Of a stretch of DNA of 64,000 bases, positions 17,512-27,534 are shown in pieces. Below the pieces are notes generated by a model. The model saw only the letters and a list, made by a program, of their open reading frames with translations. It ran no database searches and was not told the DNA's origin. Made by a program: the position numbers and the translations under genes. Source of the stretch: Bdellovibrionales bacterium (GTDB lineage: Bacteria; Bdellovibrionota; Bdellovibrionia; Bdellovibrionales; UBA1609); contig OZ241456.1 of NCBI GenBank assembly GCA_965200875.1, positions 352,001-416,000 on the forward strand. Direction: 5' to 3'. Numbering within the stretch: position 1 is the first letter of the stretch; every line of letters starts with the position of its first letter.

Positions 17512-19578
17512 ATGAGCATAAAAATTATGAAAAGTAACACAAAGCAACCTGCAAACTTTCATTTGGTGTCGGATTACTCTCCAGCCGGGGATCAGCCTTC
17601 GGCAATACGGCAGATTTGTGAGGGGTTAAAAGCTGGTGAGAAGTATCATACTTTATTAGGTGTAACCGGTTCCGGAAAAACCTTTACTATGGCTAATATC
17701 ATTCAGGAGATGAAAATGCCGGTTTTAACGCTCGCACCTAACAAAACTTTGGCCGCTCAGCTGTTTGCTGAGTTTAGAGAGCTATTCCCTAAGAATGCCG
17801 TGGAATATTTTGTCAGTTATTATGATTATTATCAGCCGGAAGCTTATATTCCCGCTACCGACACTTATATTGAAAAAGACGCCAGCATTAATGATCAAAT
17901 TGATCGCATGAGGCATTCTGCCACGATGGCTTTGCTGGAAAGAAAAGATGTTATTATTGTTAGTAGTGTATCCTGTATTTATGGCTTAGGTAGTCCTGAA
18001 ACCTACAGGAATTTAAAAGTGCATGTGAGCCTGAATCAAAATTTGGACAGAGATCAGTTTTTAAAATCTTTGGTGGATATTCAATATCAGAGAAAGGATT
18101 TTGATTTTCACAGAGGGGTTTTTCGTGTTCGAGGGGACACAGTGGATATTTTTCCCGCTTATGAGGAGAATAAGGCTTTTCGAATTGAGTTTTTTGGCGA
18201 CTACATTGATTTTATTGGCCAAGTGGATCCTCTGCGTGGGGAAGTTTTGAAAGAGCTTGAGGAACTTTCCATTTATCCATCCAGTCACTATGTTAGCACA
18301 GAACAGGAAAACGAAAAGGCTGTTAGATCCATTAAAGAGGAATTAAAACATCATCTCAGGATATTAATTAATAAAAAATTGCAGACAGAACATGACAGGC
18401 TTAAAAGGAGAACTCTTTATGACTTGGAGATGATAGAAGAAATGGGCACTTGTCCTGGTGTGGAAAATTATTCCCGGCATTTTACGGGTCGTGCGGCTGG
18501 TGAACCTCCTCCCACCTTGCTGGAGTATTTTCCGAAAGATTGGCTTTTGTTTATTGATGAAAGTCATATCAGTATTCCTCAAGTGGGAGGAATGTACAGA
18601 GGGGACAGAAGCCGAAAAGAGAACTTGGTTCAGCACGGGTTTCGTCTTCCATCTGCCTTGGATAATCGTCCTTTAAATTTTCAGGAGTTTGAAAAATCGC
18701 TTAATCGAGTGGTGTATGTGTCTGCGACTCCAGGAGATTTTGAAATTCAAAAAAACGCAGGAGTGGTGGTGGAGCAAATTATTCGTCCCACGGGTTTGTT
18801 GGATCCGGAAATATTTATTCGTTCCACGGCGAAACAAGTAGAAAATTTACTGATGGAAATTAAAAAAAGAGAAAAAAAGCAGGAAAGAGTTTTGGTTGTA
18901 ACTTTAACAAAAAAAATGGCAGAAAATTTAACAGCGCACTATCAATCAAAAGGGTTAAGGGTAAAGTATCTTCATAGTGATATAAAAACCATTGAAAGAA
19001 TGGAGTTGATACGAGACCTGCGTATGGGGGTGTTTCAGGTTTTGATAGGCATTAATCTTTTAAGGGAAGGTCTGGATCTGCCGGAGGTGAGTTTGGTGGC
19101 TGTTATGGATGCTGACAAAGAGGGATTTTTACGGTCCCGCAGATCTTTAATTCAAATTATTGGAAGAGCGGCCCGACATATTGATGGAAAGGTGATCCTA
19201 TATGCTGACAAAAAGACAGATTCCATTAAGGTTGCTGTGGAGGAAACCAACCGGCGGAGAAAACTGCAGCAAGCTTTTAATAAAAAGCATAACATTAAAA
19301 TTCGCGGAGTGAAAAAACCAGCACCTAAAGGATTGATGGAAATTTATGGTTATGAAGGTGAACTGGAAAAAGATTTATTGGTAAAGAAAGGCCGGAGAAA
19401 GAACCAAAAAAAACAAAGCGGTAAAACTCTGGAAGATGGGGAGTTTTTAAAAAAGGAAGTTGCTTTTTTGAAAGAGGAAATGAAAAAAGCCTCTGAGAAA
19501 CTGGATTTTGAAAGAGCTGTGGAGTTAAGGGACAAAATAAAACGATTACAGATAAAAGAAATGACTCTCAGGGAGTAA
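17512..19578 (+). CDS. uvrB: Excinuclease ABC subunit B
   Basis: GVTGSGKT, YYDYYQPEAY, IDESH, NLLREGLDLPEV, C-terminal UVR domain; exact start uncertain (17494/17512/17527). Confidence 0.97.
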   Translation: MSIKIMKSNTKQPANFHLVSDYSPAGDQPSAIRQICEGLKAGEKYHTLLGVTGSGKTFTMANIIQEMKMPVLTLAPNKTLAAQLFAEFRELFPKNAVEYFVSYYDYYQPEAYIPATDTYIEKDASINDQIDRMRHSATMALLERKDVIIVSSVSCIYGLGSPETYRNLKVHVSLNQNLDRDQFLKSLVDIQYQRKDFDFHRGVFRVRGDTVDIFPAYEENKAFRIEFFGDYIDFIGQVDPLRGEVLKELEELSIYPSSHYVSTEQENEKAVRSIKEELKHHLRILINKKLQTEHDRLKRRTLYDLEMIEEMGTCPGVENYSRHFTGRAAGEPPPTLLEYFPKDWLLFIDESHISIPQVGGMYRGDRSRKENLVQHGFRLPSALDNRPLNFQEFEKSLNRVVYVSATPGDFEIQKNAGVVVEQIIRPTGLLDPEIFIRSTAKQVENLLMEIKKREKKQERVLVVTLTKKMAENLTAHYQSKGLRVKYLHSDIKTIERMELIRDLRMGVFQVLIGINLLREGLDLPEVSLVAVMDADKEGFLRSRRSLIQIIGRAARHIDGKVILYADKKTDSIKVAVEETNRRRKLQQAFNKKHNIKIRGVKKPAPKGLMEIYGYEGELEKDLLVKKGRRKNQKKQSGKTLEDGEFLKKEVAFLKEEMKKASEKLDFERAVELRDKIKRLQIKEMTLRE

Positions 19579-19612
19579 TCAGAGGGAGGGGAATAACCTC
19601 ATAATTTTTTGT

Positions 19613-21781
19613 TCAGTTTAAAGATTTTTTTTGAACCAGATTGGATTGAAAATTCACTTGATCAAAAGCAATATTCACTGCTTCCTGAATATCAGGCCGT
19701 TCCATGTATTTCTTTTTAATCACTTCCTCTGGTTTTTCCACGCTTTCTTCAGATTTTTTTTCCAAAGCTTTTTCATTATTGTTTTTCTTTTCTTTTTCAT
19801 TTTCTGCTTTTTTTGCCTTATCAAATATTTGAGCGATAGTGGTCACATATCCCTTAAGTTTTTTGTTCCGCATTTCCAAAATATCTTTTTCAATTTCCTG
19901 GAATTTTTCATTTTTCTTTATTCGAAGATGAGATTTTTTACGGAGAGAAGAAATCAGATCTAGTGTAACAGGGCTCCATTTTTCCTCTTTATTGGAAACA
20001 TCGAAAGCTGATTTTGAGATAAATCTATCAATTTTTCTTTCAGATAGTACATAATCCAATGTTTTCTCTCCAATTTCATCGTTGGAAAACATACTAGGGA
20101 AGGAAATGTCAGACTTTACACCTTTTAACTGAGTGGAAAATCCACTGGGAATAAAAAACATTCCTACTGTAACACGAATGGAACCTAAGCCAAAACGCAA
20201 CCGCTCCACAGACTGTATACTGCCTTTTCCAAAAGTATGATCCCCTCCTACAATCAGTGCTCTTTTATAGGATTTTAAAGTTCCCGAAACAATTTCCGAA
20301 GCACTGGCACTTACTCGGTTTACCAAAACAACCAAAGGTCCTGAGTATTCAATAGTTTCATCCACATCAGATAAAGTTAGATAACGATCACCACTTTTTG
20401 TCTTAACTTGTTGACGCACAACACTTCCCTTTGCAAAAAATAACCCTGCTAATTGTACGGCTTCCGTTAGAGAACCGCCTCCATTATTGGACATATCCAA
20501 AACAATGGCAGATACTTTGGCTTTCTTCGCATTGGTCAGTAGTTTTCTCACATCATTGGTAACAGAACGTCCTCCTGGACGTCCCTCTCCGTAAAAAGAA
20601 GGAAGTTGAATAACACCCACCTTAATTGATTTATTATCTTCTCCACGTTCAAAATAATGAATGTTCGCGGCTTGATCATCTAAGTTGACTCGATCACGAA
20701 TCAAACGCACATTAAATATTGTTTTCTTTTCTTTGTCATTTATCCTCATAATTTTTAAGTACACAGGGGTTCCTTTTTTTCCGCGGATCATGCTCACCAC
20801 ATCCCTTAAAATCATATTAAAAATATTTATCATTTTTGTAGTAGACTGTCCGACTGCCAAAATTTTATCTTTGGGCTTTAATTTGCCGGAACGAGCGGCC
20901 GCTCCTCCAGGAATAAGCTTCTCAATAACAGTATACCCATATTTGGAACTAAGGCTGGCTCCAATGCCCTCTAAAGAAAGCTTCATATTAATTTCAAAAT
21001 CTTCATGATCCTCCTGTGAAAGATAGCCAGAGTGAGGATCAAAGCCTCTGGCAAAGCTTTTCAGATACATGGAATACCATTCGTAGGGTTTGCAAACAGC
21101 AACTTTGCCGTAAGATTTTCTTTTCTTGTAACATTTTTTCTTTTCTTTATCCGACAAATTAACTGACCAGCTTTTTATTTCTTTATGCAAGCGGTTGTAA
21201 CTATGCAACACACTTTGTTTTGCCTCCTCTACCTGTTTTTCATAATCCTTCTTATCACTGGCAATGATGGCATTGGCCATTTGATACTGAATATACTTTT
21301 TATGAAACTTATTAATTTGGCGCATGGTTTTACGCCTTGGTCTTTTTCTAGGATCCAAGGTTAATTTAATCATCGGATCCAGAATAAATTTTTGTTGCAG
21401 ATATTCTTTTGCAAATCGTACACGCTCAGACACTCTTTTCGCGTAAAGGTCATACACTCTGTCCAAGTGGGAACAATCACTTTTTTGTATTTTAACGAAA
21501 ATATTTTTCAACTTCTTTTTAATATTGTTAATATCTGATTGAGTGAAATATAGTTTTTCAGAATCCAGAGACTTGAGAAATTGATCTCTTACCCTTTTTT
21601 CCAAATCAGACATCATGGTTTTGAAGCGTGTGCTTTTTCTGTCCAAATTGGAAAAATTAATATGCAAATCCAGATATTTTTTCTGAATATCGTGTATATA
21701 ATCACATTCCAAAATGATCGCATATAAATTCGATGAAAAAAGAAATATTAAAAAAACCAAAATATTTTTCATTGAAATCAA
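19613..21781 (-). CDS. prc: Carboxy-terminal processing protease (S41A, Prc/Tsp)
   Basis: DPHSGY, LEGIGA, PDZ, NGGGSL, SASASEI, TFGKG; signal peptide. Confidence 0.9.
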   Translation of the reverse strand: MISMKNILVFLIFLFSSNLYAIILECDYIHDIQKKYLDLHINFSNLDRKSTRFKTMMSDLEKRVRDQFLKSLDSEKLYFTQSDINNIKKKLKNIFVKIQKSDCSHLDRVYDLYAKRVSERVRFAKEYLQQKFILDPMIKLTLDPRKRPRRKTMRQINKFHKKYIQYQMANAIIASDKKDYEKQVEEAKQSVLHSYNRLHKEIKSWSVNLSDKEKKKCYKKRKSYGKVAVCKPYEWYSMYLKSFARGFDPHSGYLSQEDHEDFEINMKLSLEGIGASLSSKYGYTVIEKLIPGGAAARSGKLKPKDKILAVGQSTTKMINIFNMILRDVVSMIRGKKGTPVYLKIMRINDKEKKTIFNVRLIRDRVNLDDQAANIHYFERGEDNKSIKVGVIQLPSFYGEGRPGGRSVTNDVRKLLTNAKKAKVSAIVLDMSNNGGGSLTEAVQLAGLFFAKGSVVRQQVKTKSGDRYLTLSDVDETIEYSGPLVVLVNRVSASASEIVSGTLKSYKRALIVGGDHTFGKGSIQSVERLRFGLGSIRVTVGMFFIPSGFSTQLKGVKSDISFPSMFSNDEIGEKTLDYVLSERKIDRFISKSAFDVSNKEEKWSPVTLDLISSLRKKSHLRIKKNEKFQEIEKDILEMRNKKLKGYVTTIAQIFDKAKKAENEKEKKNNNEKALEKKSEESVEKPEEVIKKKYMERPDIQEAVNIAFDQVNFQSNLVQKKSLN

Positions 21782-21784
21782 ATT

Positions 21785-24475
21785 TTACCTCACTTTTTTC
21801 TTTTTTGTAGTGTTTCCAGAAGATTTTTTCTTTCTGGATCGCGATGTTGTCTTTTTTTTGCCGATTTTCTTTTTACTGGACTTTTTCTTACTGGATTTTA
21901 CAGATTTTTTAGATTTCCGGGATTTCACGCCTTCTTCAATCAGCTTTAAAACAGTCTTCAAATCCAAATCATCCTCTTTTAAATTTGGAGGTAATGAATG
22001 GTTTTTTTTATTATATTTAATGTAAGGGCCATAACGTCCCTTCATTAATTGAATAGGTGTTTTAGATTCAGGATGTTTAAACTCCTTTAACACGCGTGAA
22101 GAGCGACCCTTGGGTTCACTCAACCTTTGAATGGCGTATTTCAAGTCGATATCAAAAAATGTATCCGCCGGTACAGAGCGAAAATCTCCTGCATGCACAA
22201 TATAAGGGCCAAAGCGCCCCACGGATTTCTTAATTTCTTTACCTGTTTCCGGGTGTTCACCTAAGGTTTTAGGCAACTCCAATAATTTTAAAGCACCATC
22301 CAGAGTAATGTTTTTTTCATCAAAAAACGGTGTAATGGTAGCCGTTTTATTTTTTTTTCGGGATTTATTCTTTCCCTTTTTAACTGTTTTATCCTCTTTG
22401 CTTTCACTGTTTTTATTCTCATCATTTGTGCCTAATCGCACATAAGGGCCAAAGCGTCCCAGAACAACAAACACTTCCTGACCTGTTTTAGGGTCTTTTC
22501 CCAAAGACCTCCCCCCTGTTATTTTATGCTCAATAATTTGATCAATTATCTCTTTTGTGATTTCACCGGGATAAATATCTGTCGGCAACGAAGCAGATAT
22601 ATCCTCTTTACCATTTTTTCTACACACATAAGCTCCAAAAGGTCCTACTTTAAAGGAATACTCTTCAAAACCTTTCAAAATCAAGGATCGAAAAGTTTGA
22701 TCTTTCGTGCGCTTTTCATGCGTTTCCACTAATTTTTTCAGACCTTTTGGCCCCAGGTAAACTGATTTAAGATATTTTACATGGTTTTTTTTGCCACTAG
22801 CGATGTCATCTAAGTCTTTCTCCATTTCAGAAGTAAATTGCATATCCACATAATCTGGAAAATTTTTCTGTAAAAAGTGATTTACAATCAAAGCTGTAAA
22901 GGTGGGAATAAGTGTATTTTGTTTTTTCTCCACATAACCCCTGTCCTGAATAGTGCTGATGATACTGGCATAAGTGGAAGGGCGTCCCACCCCTTCTTTT
23001 TCCAATTTCTGAATAAGAGAAGCTTCTGTGTATCGAGCGGGAGGTTTTGTTTCATGTTTAACCGTTGATACTTTCAGGCATTGCACTTCGTCGCCTTTTT
23101 TTAAAGCCGGGAGCTGAACTTCATCTGTTATTTGATCCTTATATACCAAATAAAACCCTGGAAAACGAATTGTCACTCCTGAACTTTGAAAAACAGAAGA
23201 TTTCGCTTTCATTTTTACCCGTGTTTGATTTTGCTCGCAATTTTTCATCTGTGAAGATAAAGTCCTCTTCCATATCAGATCATACAAACTTAATATCTGC
23301 CCGCTTAAACCTGTTTTATCAGGAGCGATAAAGTGTTCTCCAGCAGGACGGATGGCTTCATGCGCCTCCTGCGCGCCTTTGGCTTTTTTACGGTACACTC
23401 TTGGAGTGGGAGGCAGATTATTTTTTCCATATATACTGGATACTGCCGAACGGGTAGCTTGTAAAGCCTGTGCAGACAAAAAAGTGGAATCCGTCCTCAT
23501 ATAAGTGATTAAACCCTGTTCATACAGTTTTTGAGCCAAGCTCATTATTTGTTTGGAGGAAAAGTTTAGTTTTCTATTACCCTCCTGTTGAAGGGTGGAA
23601 GTAATAAACGGCGGAGGTGGTTTTCTGGAAATTTTTTTATTTTCCACTTCTAGGACTTTAAATTTTTCACCTGACAAGGTTTTTTGCAGTTTTATAGCCT
23701 CTTTTTCTCCCATTATTAACACATTCTGGTTTTTTAATTCCCCAGTTTTACTGTCGAAATTAGAGCTACGCGCAAGTTTTTTTCCTTTGTGCTCAATTAA
23801 ACGGCTTTTGAACACATTGGAGTTTCCTTTTTTATGTACTCCCTCTAAATCCCAATACACACTCTTTTTAAAGGATAGACGCTCCAATTCCCTGTCACTT
23901 ACCAAAGCCACTGCCACAGACTGCACTCGTCCAGCGGAAAGCCCCCGTGTGACTTTTTTCCACAACACTGGCGAAATACTATACCCTACCAAGCGATCCA
24001 AAATACGACGCGCTTCCTGTGCCTGCACCAAATTATGATCCACCGGTCTGAAATTTTTCAAAGCTTCCTGAATCGCGGTTTTTGTTATTTCGTGAAAAAC
24101 CATCCTCTTGACGGGAATTTTAGGCTTTAAAAGCTCCTGAAGATGCCAAGAAATACTTTCTCCTTCACGATCTTCATCTGTTGCTAATATCAACTCTTTT
24201 ACTGAACTGATTTTTTTCTTCAATTTTTTTACTATTTCTTTTTTTTCGCCGGGAATACAATAAACCGGTTGAAAGTTATTTTCCACATTCACACCAAAAT
24301 GCGCCCAAGATTTTTTTCGTATTTGCTCCGGCAACTCTTTGGCGGAACTAGGTAAATCCCTTATATGTCCCATACAGGATTCCACGGCGTAATCTCTGCC
24401 CAGAAAACGGCTGATCGTTTTAGCCTTGACAGGGGATTCCACGATAACCAATTTTTTTTCTTTTGATTTTGACAT
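21785..24475 (-). CDS. topA: DNA topoisomerase I with Topo C-terminal repeats and a Lys-rich tail
   Basis: IVESP.K, ATDEDREGE, SAGRVQS, ITYMRTDS, HEAIRP; repeated GRFGPY. Confidence 0.97.
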   Translation of the reverse strand: MSKSKEKKLVIVESPVKAKTISRFLGRDYAVESCMGHIRDLPSSAKELPEQIRKKSWAHFGVNVENNFQPVYCIPGEKKEIVKKLKKKISSVKELILATDEDREGESISWHLQELLKPKIPVKRMVFHEITKTAIQEALKNFRPVDHNLVQAQEARRILDRLVGYSISPVLWKKVTRGLSAGRVQSVAVALVSDRELERLSFKKSVYWDLEGVHKKGNSNVFKSRLIEHKGKKLARSSNFDSKTGELKNQNVLIMGEKEAIKLQKTLSGEKFKVLEVENKKISRKPPPPFITSTLQQEGNRKLNFSSKQIMSLAQKLYEQGLITYMRTDSTFLSAQALQATRSAVSSIYGKNNLPPTPRVYRKKAKGAQEAHEAIRPAGEHFIAPDKTGLSGQILSLYDLIWKRTLSSQMKNCEQNQTRVKMKAKSSVFQSSGVTIRFPGFYLVYKDQITDEVQLPALKKGDEVQCLKVSTVKHETKPPARYTEASLIQKLEKEGVGRPSTYASIISTIQDRGYVEKKQNTLIPTFTALIVNHFLQKNFPDYVDMQFTSEMEKDLDDIASGKKNHVKYLKSVYLGPKGLKKLVETHEKRTKDQTFRSLILKGFEEYSFKVGPFGAYVCRKNGKEDISASLPTDIYPGEITKEIIDQIIEHKITGGRSLGKDPKTGQEVFVVLGRFGPYVRLGTNDENKNSESKEDKTVKKGKNKSRKKNKTATITPFFDEKNITLDGALKLLELPKTLGEHPETGKEIKKSVGRFGPYIVHAGDFRSVPADTFFDIDLKYAIQRLSEPKGRSSRVLKEFKHPESKTPIQLMKGRYGPYIKYNKKNHSLPPNLKEDDLDLKTVLKLIEEGVKSRKSKKSVKSSKKKSSKKKIGKKKTTSRSRKKKSSGNTTKKKKVR

Positions 24476-24503
24476 ATTTCACCCATCTGTTTGCTTTATA
24501 AGC

Positions 24504-24731
24504 CTAACGATATCTGTATATTATCAAACCCAGTGTGAGATCATGAGGAGAAAACCCCACTGTCACTCTGTCTCCATTAACCACTTGAATATTGTATTTA
24601 CGCATTTTACCACAAAGCCTAGCCGACACTTCAATCTCTTTTTTTTCCAGCTGCACCTTGTATAACCCGTTAGAGCATACTTTTACAATTTGACCGTCAA
24701 ATTGAACTAATTCAGATTTTGGCATAATCAT
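24504..24731 (-). CDS. infA: Translation initiation factor IF-1
   Basis: GKMRKYNIQVVNGDRVTV..SPHDLTLG.I.YR. Confidence 0.92.
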   Translation of the reverse strand: MIMPKSELVQFDGQIVKVCSNGLYKVQLEKKEIEVSARLCGKMRKYNIQVVNGDRVTVGFSPHDLTLGLIIYRYR

Positions 24732-24780
24732 ATTCCTGTTTGAGAAAAAAGAGTTTTATATTATTGAGTGCCATGAAATT

Positions 24781-25434
24781 TTATCTTAACCTCTTCCCTG
24801 ATTTTGTTTCATTATAATTAGATAAAAGAATTCTCACTTTATCTTTAAATATTACTTCCAAACGATCATTTGTATTACTGATAATCCACCCCCACCCAAA
24901 AACAGGGTGGCTTATGGGAGTTACAGGTTGAAACTGACGGGAAATATTAAAGGGGGTGGGTTTTACGCCTTTTGCTTTTTTATAAAAAGCTTCCCATTTT
25001 TGTTCATTTTCCTGTTTGAGTTTCTCCTCTTTCTTACTTTCAACGGCTTTTTTCCGCGAAGATGTTTTTTTCACAAGGACAGATTTTTCTGGTTTTTTTT
25101 CACCTTTAACTTTTTTTTCAACGGAAACAGACTCCTTTTTATCAGCAGTTTTTTCCGTTGAATGTGTAACGGGTTTTGCTTTTTTAGTCGGGAGAGTGGC
25201 GGATTTCACTGGTTTTTTGTCGACTTTGTTTTTGTCACTGACAGCCTTGGAAACAGCAGATTTACGAAAAGTCTCCTTTGTGGAAGATGATTTTTTCTTT
25301 TTTGCAATCACCTCACTTTTTTTCAAAGCACTTTTTGAAGTGGCAGGTGTTTTCTTTTTACCTGACTGCTTGCCATTGGTGGCTTTTTTTTTGTCTGTAT
25401 TGACTGTTTTCTTTTTAGCGATCTTGGCTGGCAT
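24781..25434 (-). CDS. Lys-rich histone H1-like protein with a small C-terminal beta domain
   Basis: AGGAGG RBS before ATG 25434; K/S/T/A-rich low complexity, then HPVFGWGWI...DRLEVIF. Confidence 0.7.
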   Translation of the reverse strand: MPAKIAKKKTVNTDKKKATNGKQSGKKKTPATSKSALKKSEVIAKKKKSSSTKETFRKSAVSKAVSDKNKVDKKPVKSATLPTKKAKPVTHSTEKTADKKESVSVEKKVKGEKKPEKSVLVKKTSSRKKAVESKKEEKLKQENEQKWEAFYKKAKGVKPTPFNISRQFQPVTPISHPVFGWGWIISNTNDRLEVIFKDKVRILLSNYNETKSGKRLR

Positions 25435-25854
25435 AAAAATATTCCTCCTGATTTTTATTTCATTGCCTGTAAAAAGTATATTCCGAAAATGCCTGACACA
25501 TATTCTATTCTTAAACCTGTTCTCACAAAAATCGGGGACGGGAATCTTGTCAAAAAAATATACTGTTTGCCCGGACAACTACTCAGCCCTTTACTTCAGC
25601 AATAAACTTCACACTAAGCAAGAAAATACACTTTAAGCAAGATTTTTTTCACCTTATATCCAATAATTCTTTTCCAAAACCGGAAATTTGTTATCTTTTG
25701 ACATTATGATCAGGACTTATATCCTGTAACTTTCTGTTTATGATAAACAGATAATTTTTCCGGTTTTATCAGCTGGTTATTAAACATTCCTGCCTTGTTT
25801 TAACCTTATTTTTTTTATATATTTTCAGGGAAACAGGATATAACTTTTATTTTT

Positions 25855-27534
25855 ATGCTCTCAGAAACTGCAAAACAAAAGATGATAATGAACCGCTTTT
25901 ATATTACAACGCCTCTTTATTATGTCAACGACAAACCCCACTTAGGCACTGCCTATAGTACTGTTCTGGCTGATGTTCTCAATCGTTATCATCAACTTGT
26001 GGGATACGAAACTTTTTTTTTAACGGGTGTTGATGAACATGGCCAAAAAGTTAGTCAAGCTGCGAAACAACAAAATATTCCGGTTCAAACTTATTGCGAT
26101 CAAATGTCCAAAAGATTTGAGACCGTTTGGAAATTAATGGATATTTCCTACAATCGCTTTTTCAGAACTACTGCAAAATGGCATAAAAAAGCTGTTCAAA
26201 AGTTTCTGCAAGAACTCCACGACAAAAAACAAATTTATGAATCCACTTATGAAGGCTGGTACTGTGTTAGTGAAGAAACTTTTTATACTTCAAAAGATCT
26301 GATAAACGGAAAATCCCCTTCCGGGAAAGAAGTTATAAAAATAAAAGAAAAAAATTATTTTTTTAAAATGTCCTCCTACCAAAAGCCTTTATTGGAATAT
26401 ATTGACGAAAACCCTGATTTTATCCAGCCCCCTCATCGAAAAAATGAAGTTATAAGCTTTTTAAAGCAGGGGTTGAGTGATTTATGTATCAGTCGACCCA
26501 AAAGCAGAGTGAATTGGGGAGTGGAGATTCCTTTTGACACGGATTATGTGACTTATGTATGGGTGGATGCTTTGCTGAATTATATCACCGGCGTAGGCTG
26601 GCCTCCGCAAAGTGGTGGAGGGAGAAAACAATTCTCTTTCACCAATCCCCTAAAAAGTGAGGACTTTGAAAAGTGGTGGAAAGAAACGGGAGCTGTTCAT
26701 CTGATAGGAAAAGATATTTTAATCACCCATTGCGTATATTGGCCTTGTTTGTTAATGGCTTTGGGAATCAAACTTCCAAAAACCATATTGGCACATGGCT
26801 GGCTTTTGAATCAATCCCAGGAAAAAATGAGTAAATCAAAAGGGGATGTGATGGATCCCTTGAAGATTTTAAACAAATCCTCGGCAGAAAAATCTTCAAA
26901 AAAATTATCCAGCGGGACAGGAAAATCAAACCCAAAGAACAATATACAATTTTTTGATTCAGACAGCCTTCGTTATTTTCTCATTCGGGATGTTCCCTTG
27001 GGAAACGACTCCCCTGTCTCTCATACCCTTATTGCCAACAGAATTAATGAAGACTTAGCCAACAACTTTGGCAATTTAATCAGTAGAACCACAAAAATGA
27101 TTCATCAAGGCTTTGAATCCAAAATTCCTGAAAGAAACTGCAAAACAAGTAAAAACCCCTTGATCGAAAATCTGAGACATAAAGGAATAGAAGTTACAAC
27201 AGAACTAAAGGCAAATCTTCTCCGCCCTCATCTTATACTGGAAAATATTATTAATTTGTTGAATGAAACAAACCGATTTTTGGAAAAAAGTGCTCCTTGG
27301 AAAACCATTAAGACCAATAAGCAGGATACAGGGGCTGTTTTACGATCCGCTCTGGAAATTATTTATTTGTCTGCCGTATTGCTGAAACCGGTTATGCCAA
27401 AAAAAATGGATCAGCTATTAAAAAGCCTCGCTTGCCCGGATGAATGGCCGGTGGAGAACTTTCAAAGCGGTTTTTTTCCAAAAGCCGGTGAAACGATCCA
27501 GGAATTTCCACCTCTTTTTCCCCGTATAAACTAA
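25855..27534 (+). CDS. metG: Methionine--tRNA ligase (no C-terminal dimerisation domain)
   Basis: FYITTPLYYVNDKPHLG, TGVDEHGQK, YVWVDAL.NY, KMSKS. Confidence 0.96.
   Translation: MLSETAKQKMIMNRFYITTPLYYVNDKPHLGTAYSTVLADVLNRYHQLVGYETFFLTGVDEHGQKVSQAAKQQNIPVQTYCDQMSKRFETVWKLMDISYNRFFRTTAKWHKKAVQKFLQELHDKKQIYESTYEGWYCVSEETFYTSKDLINGKSPSGKEVIKIKEKNYFFKMSSYQKPLLEYIDENPDFIQPPHRKNEVISFLKQGLSDLCISRPKSRVNWGVEIPFDTDYVTYVWVDALLNYITGVGWPPQSGGGRKQFSFTNPLKSEDFEKWWKETGAVHLIGKDILITHCVYWPCLLMALGIKLPKTILAHGWLLNQSQEKMSKSKGDVMDPLKILNKSSAEKSSKKLSSGTGKSNPKNNIQFFDSDSLRYFLIRDVPLGNDSPVSHTLIANRINEDLANNFGNLISRTTKMIHQGFESKIPERNCKTSKNPLIENLRHKGIEVTTELKANLLRPHLILENIINLLNETNRFLEKSAPWKTIKTNKQDTGAVLRSALEIIYLSAVLLKPVMPKKMDQLLKSLACPDEWPVENFQSGFFPKAGETIQEFPPLFPRIN

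Noticed and set aside
25016..25636. 206-aa Phe/Leu-rich plus-strand ORF
   Set aside because: Antisense shadow of the Lys-rich gene
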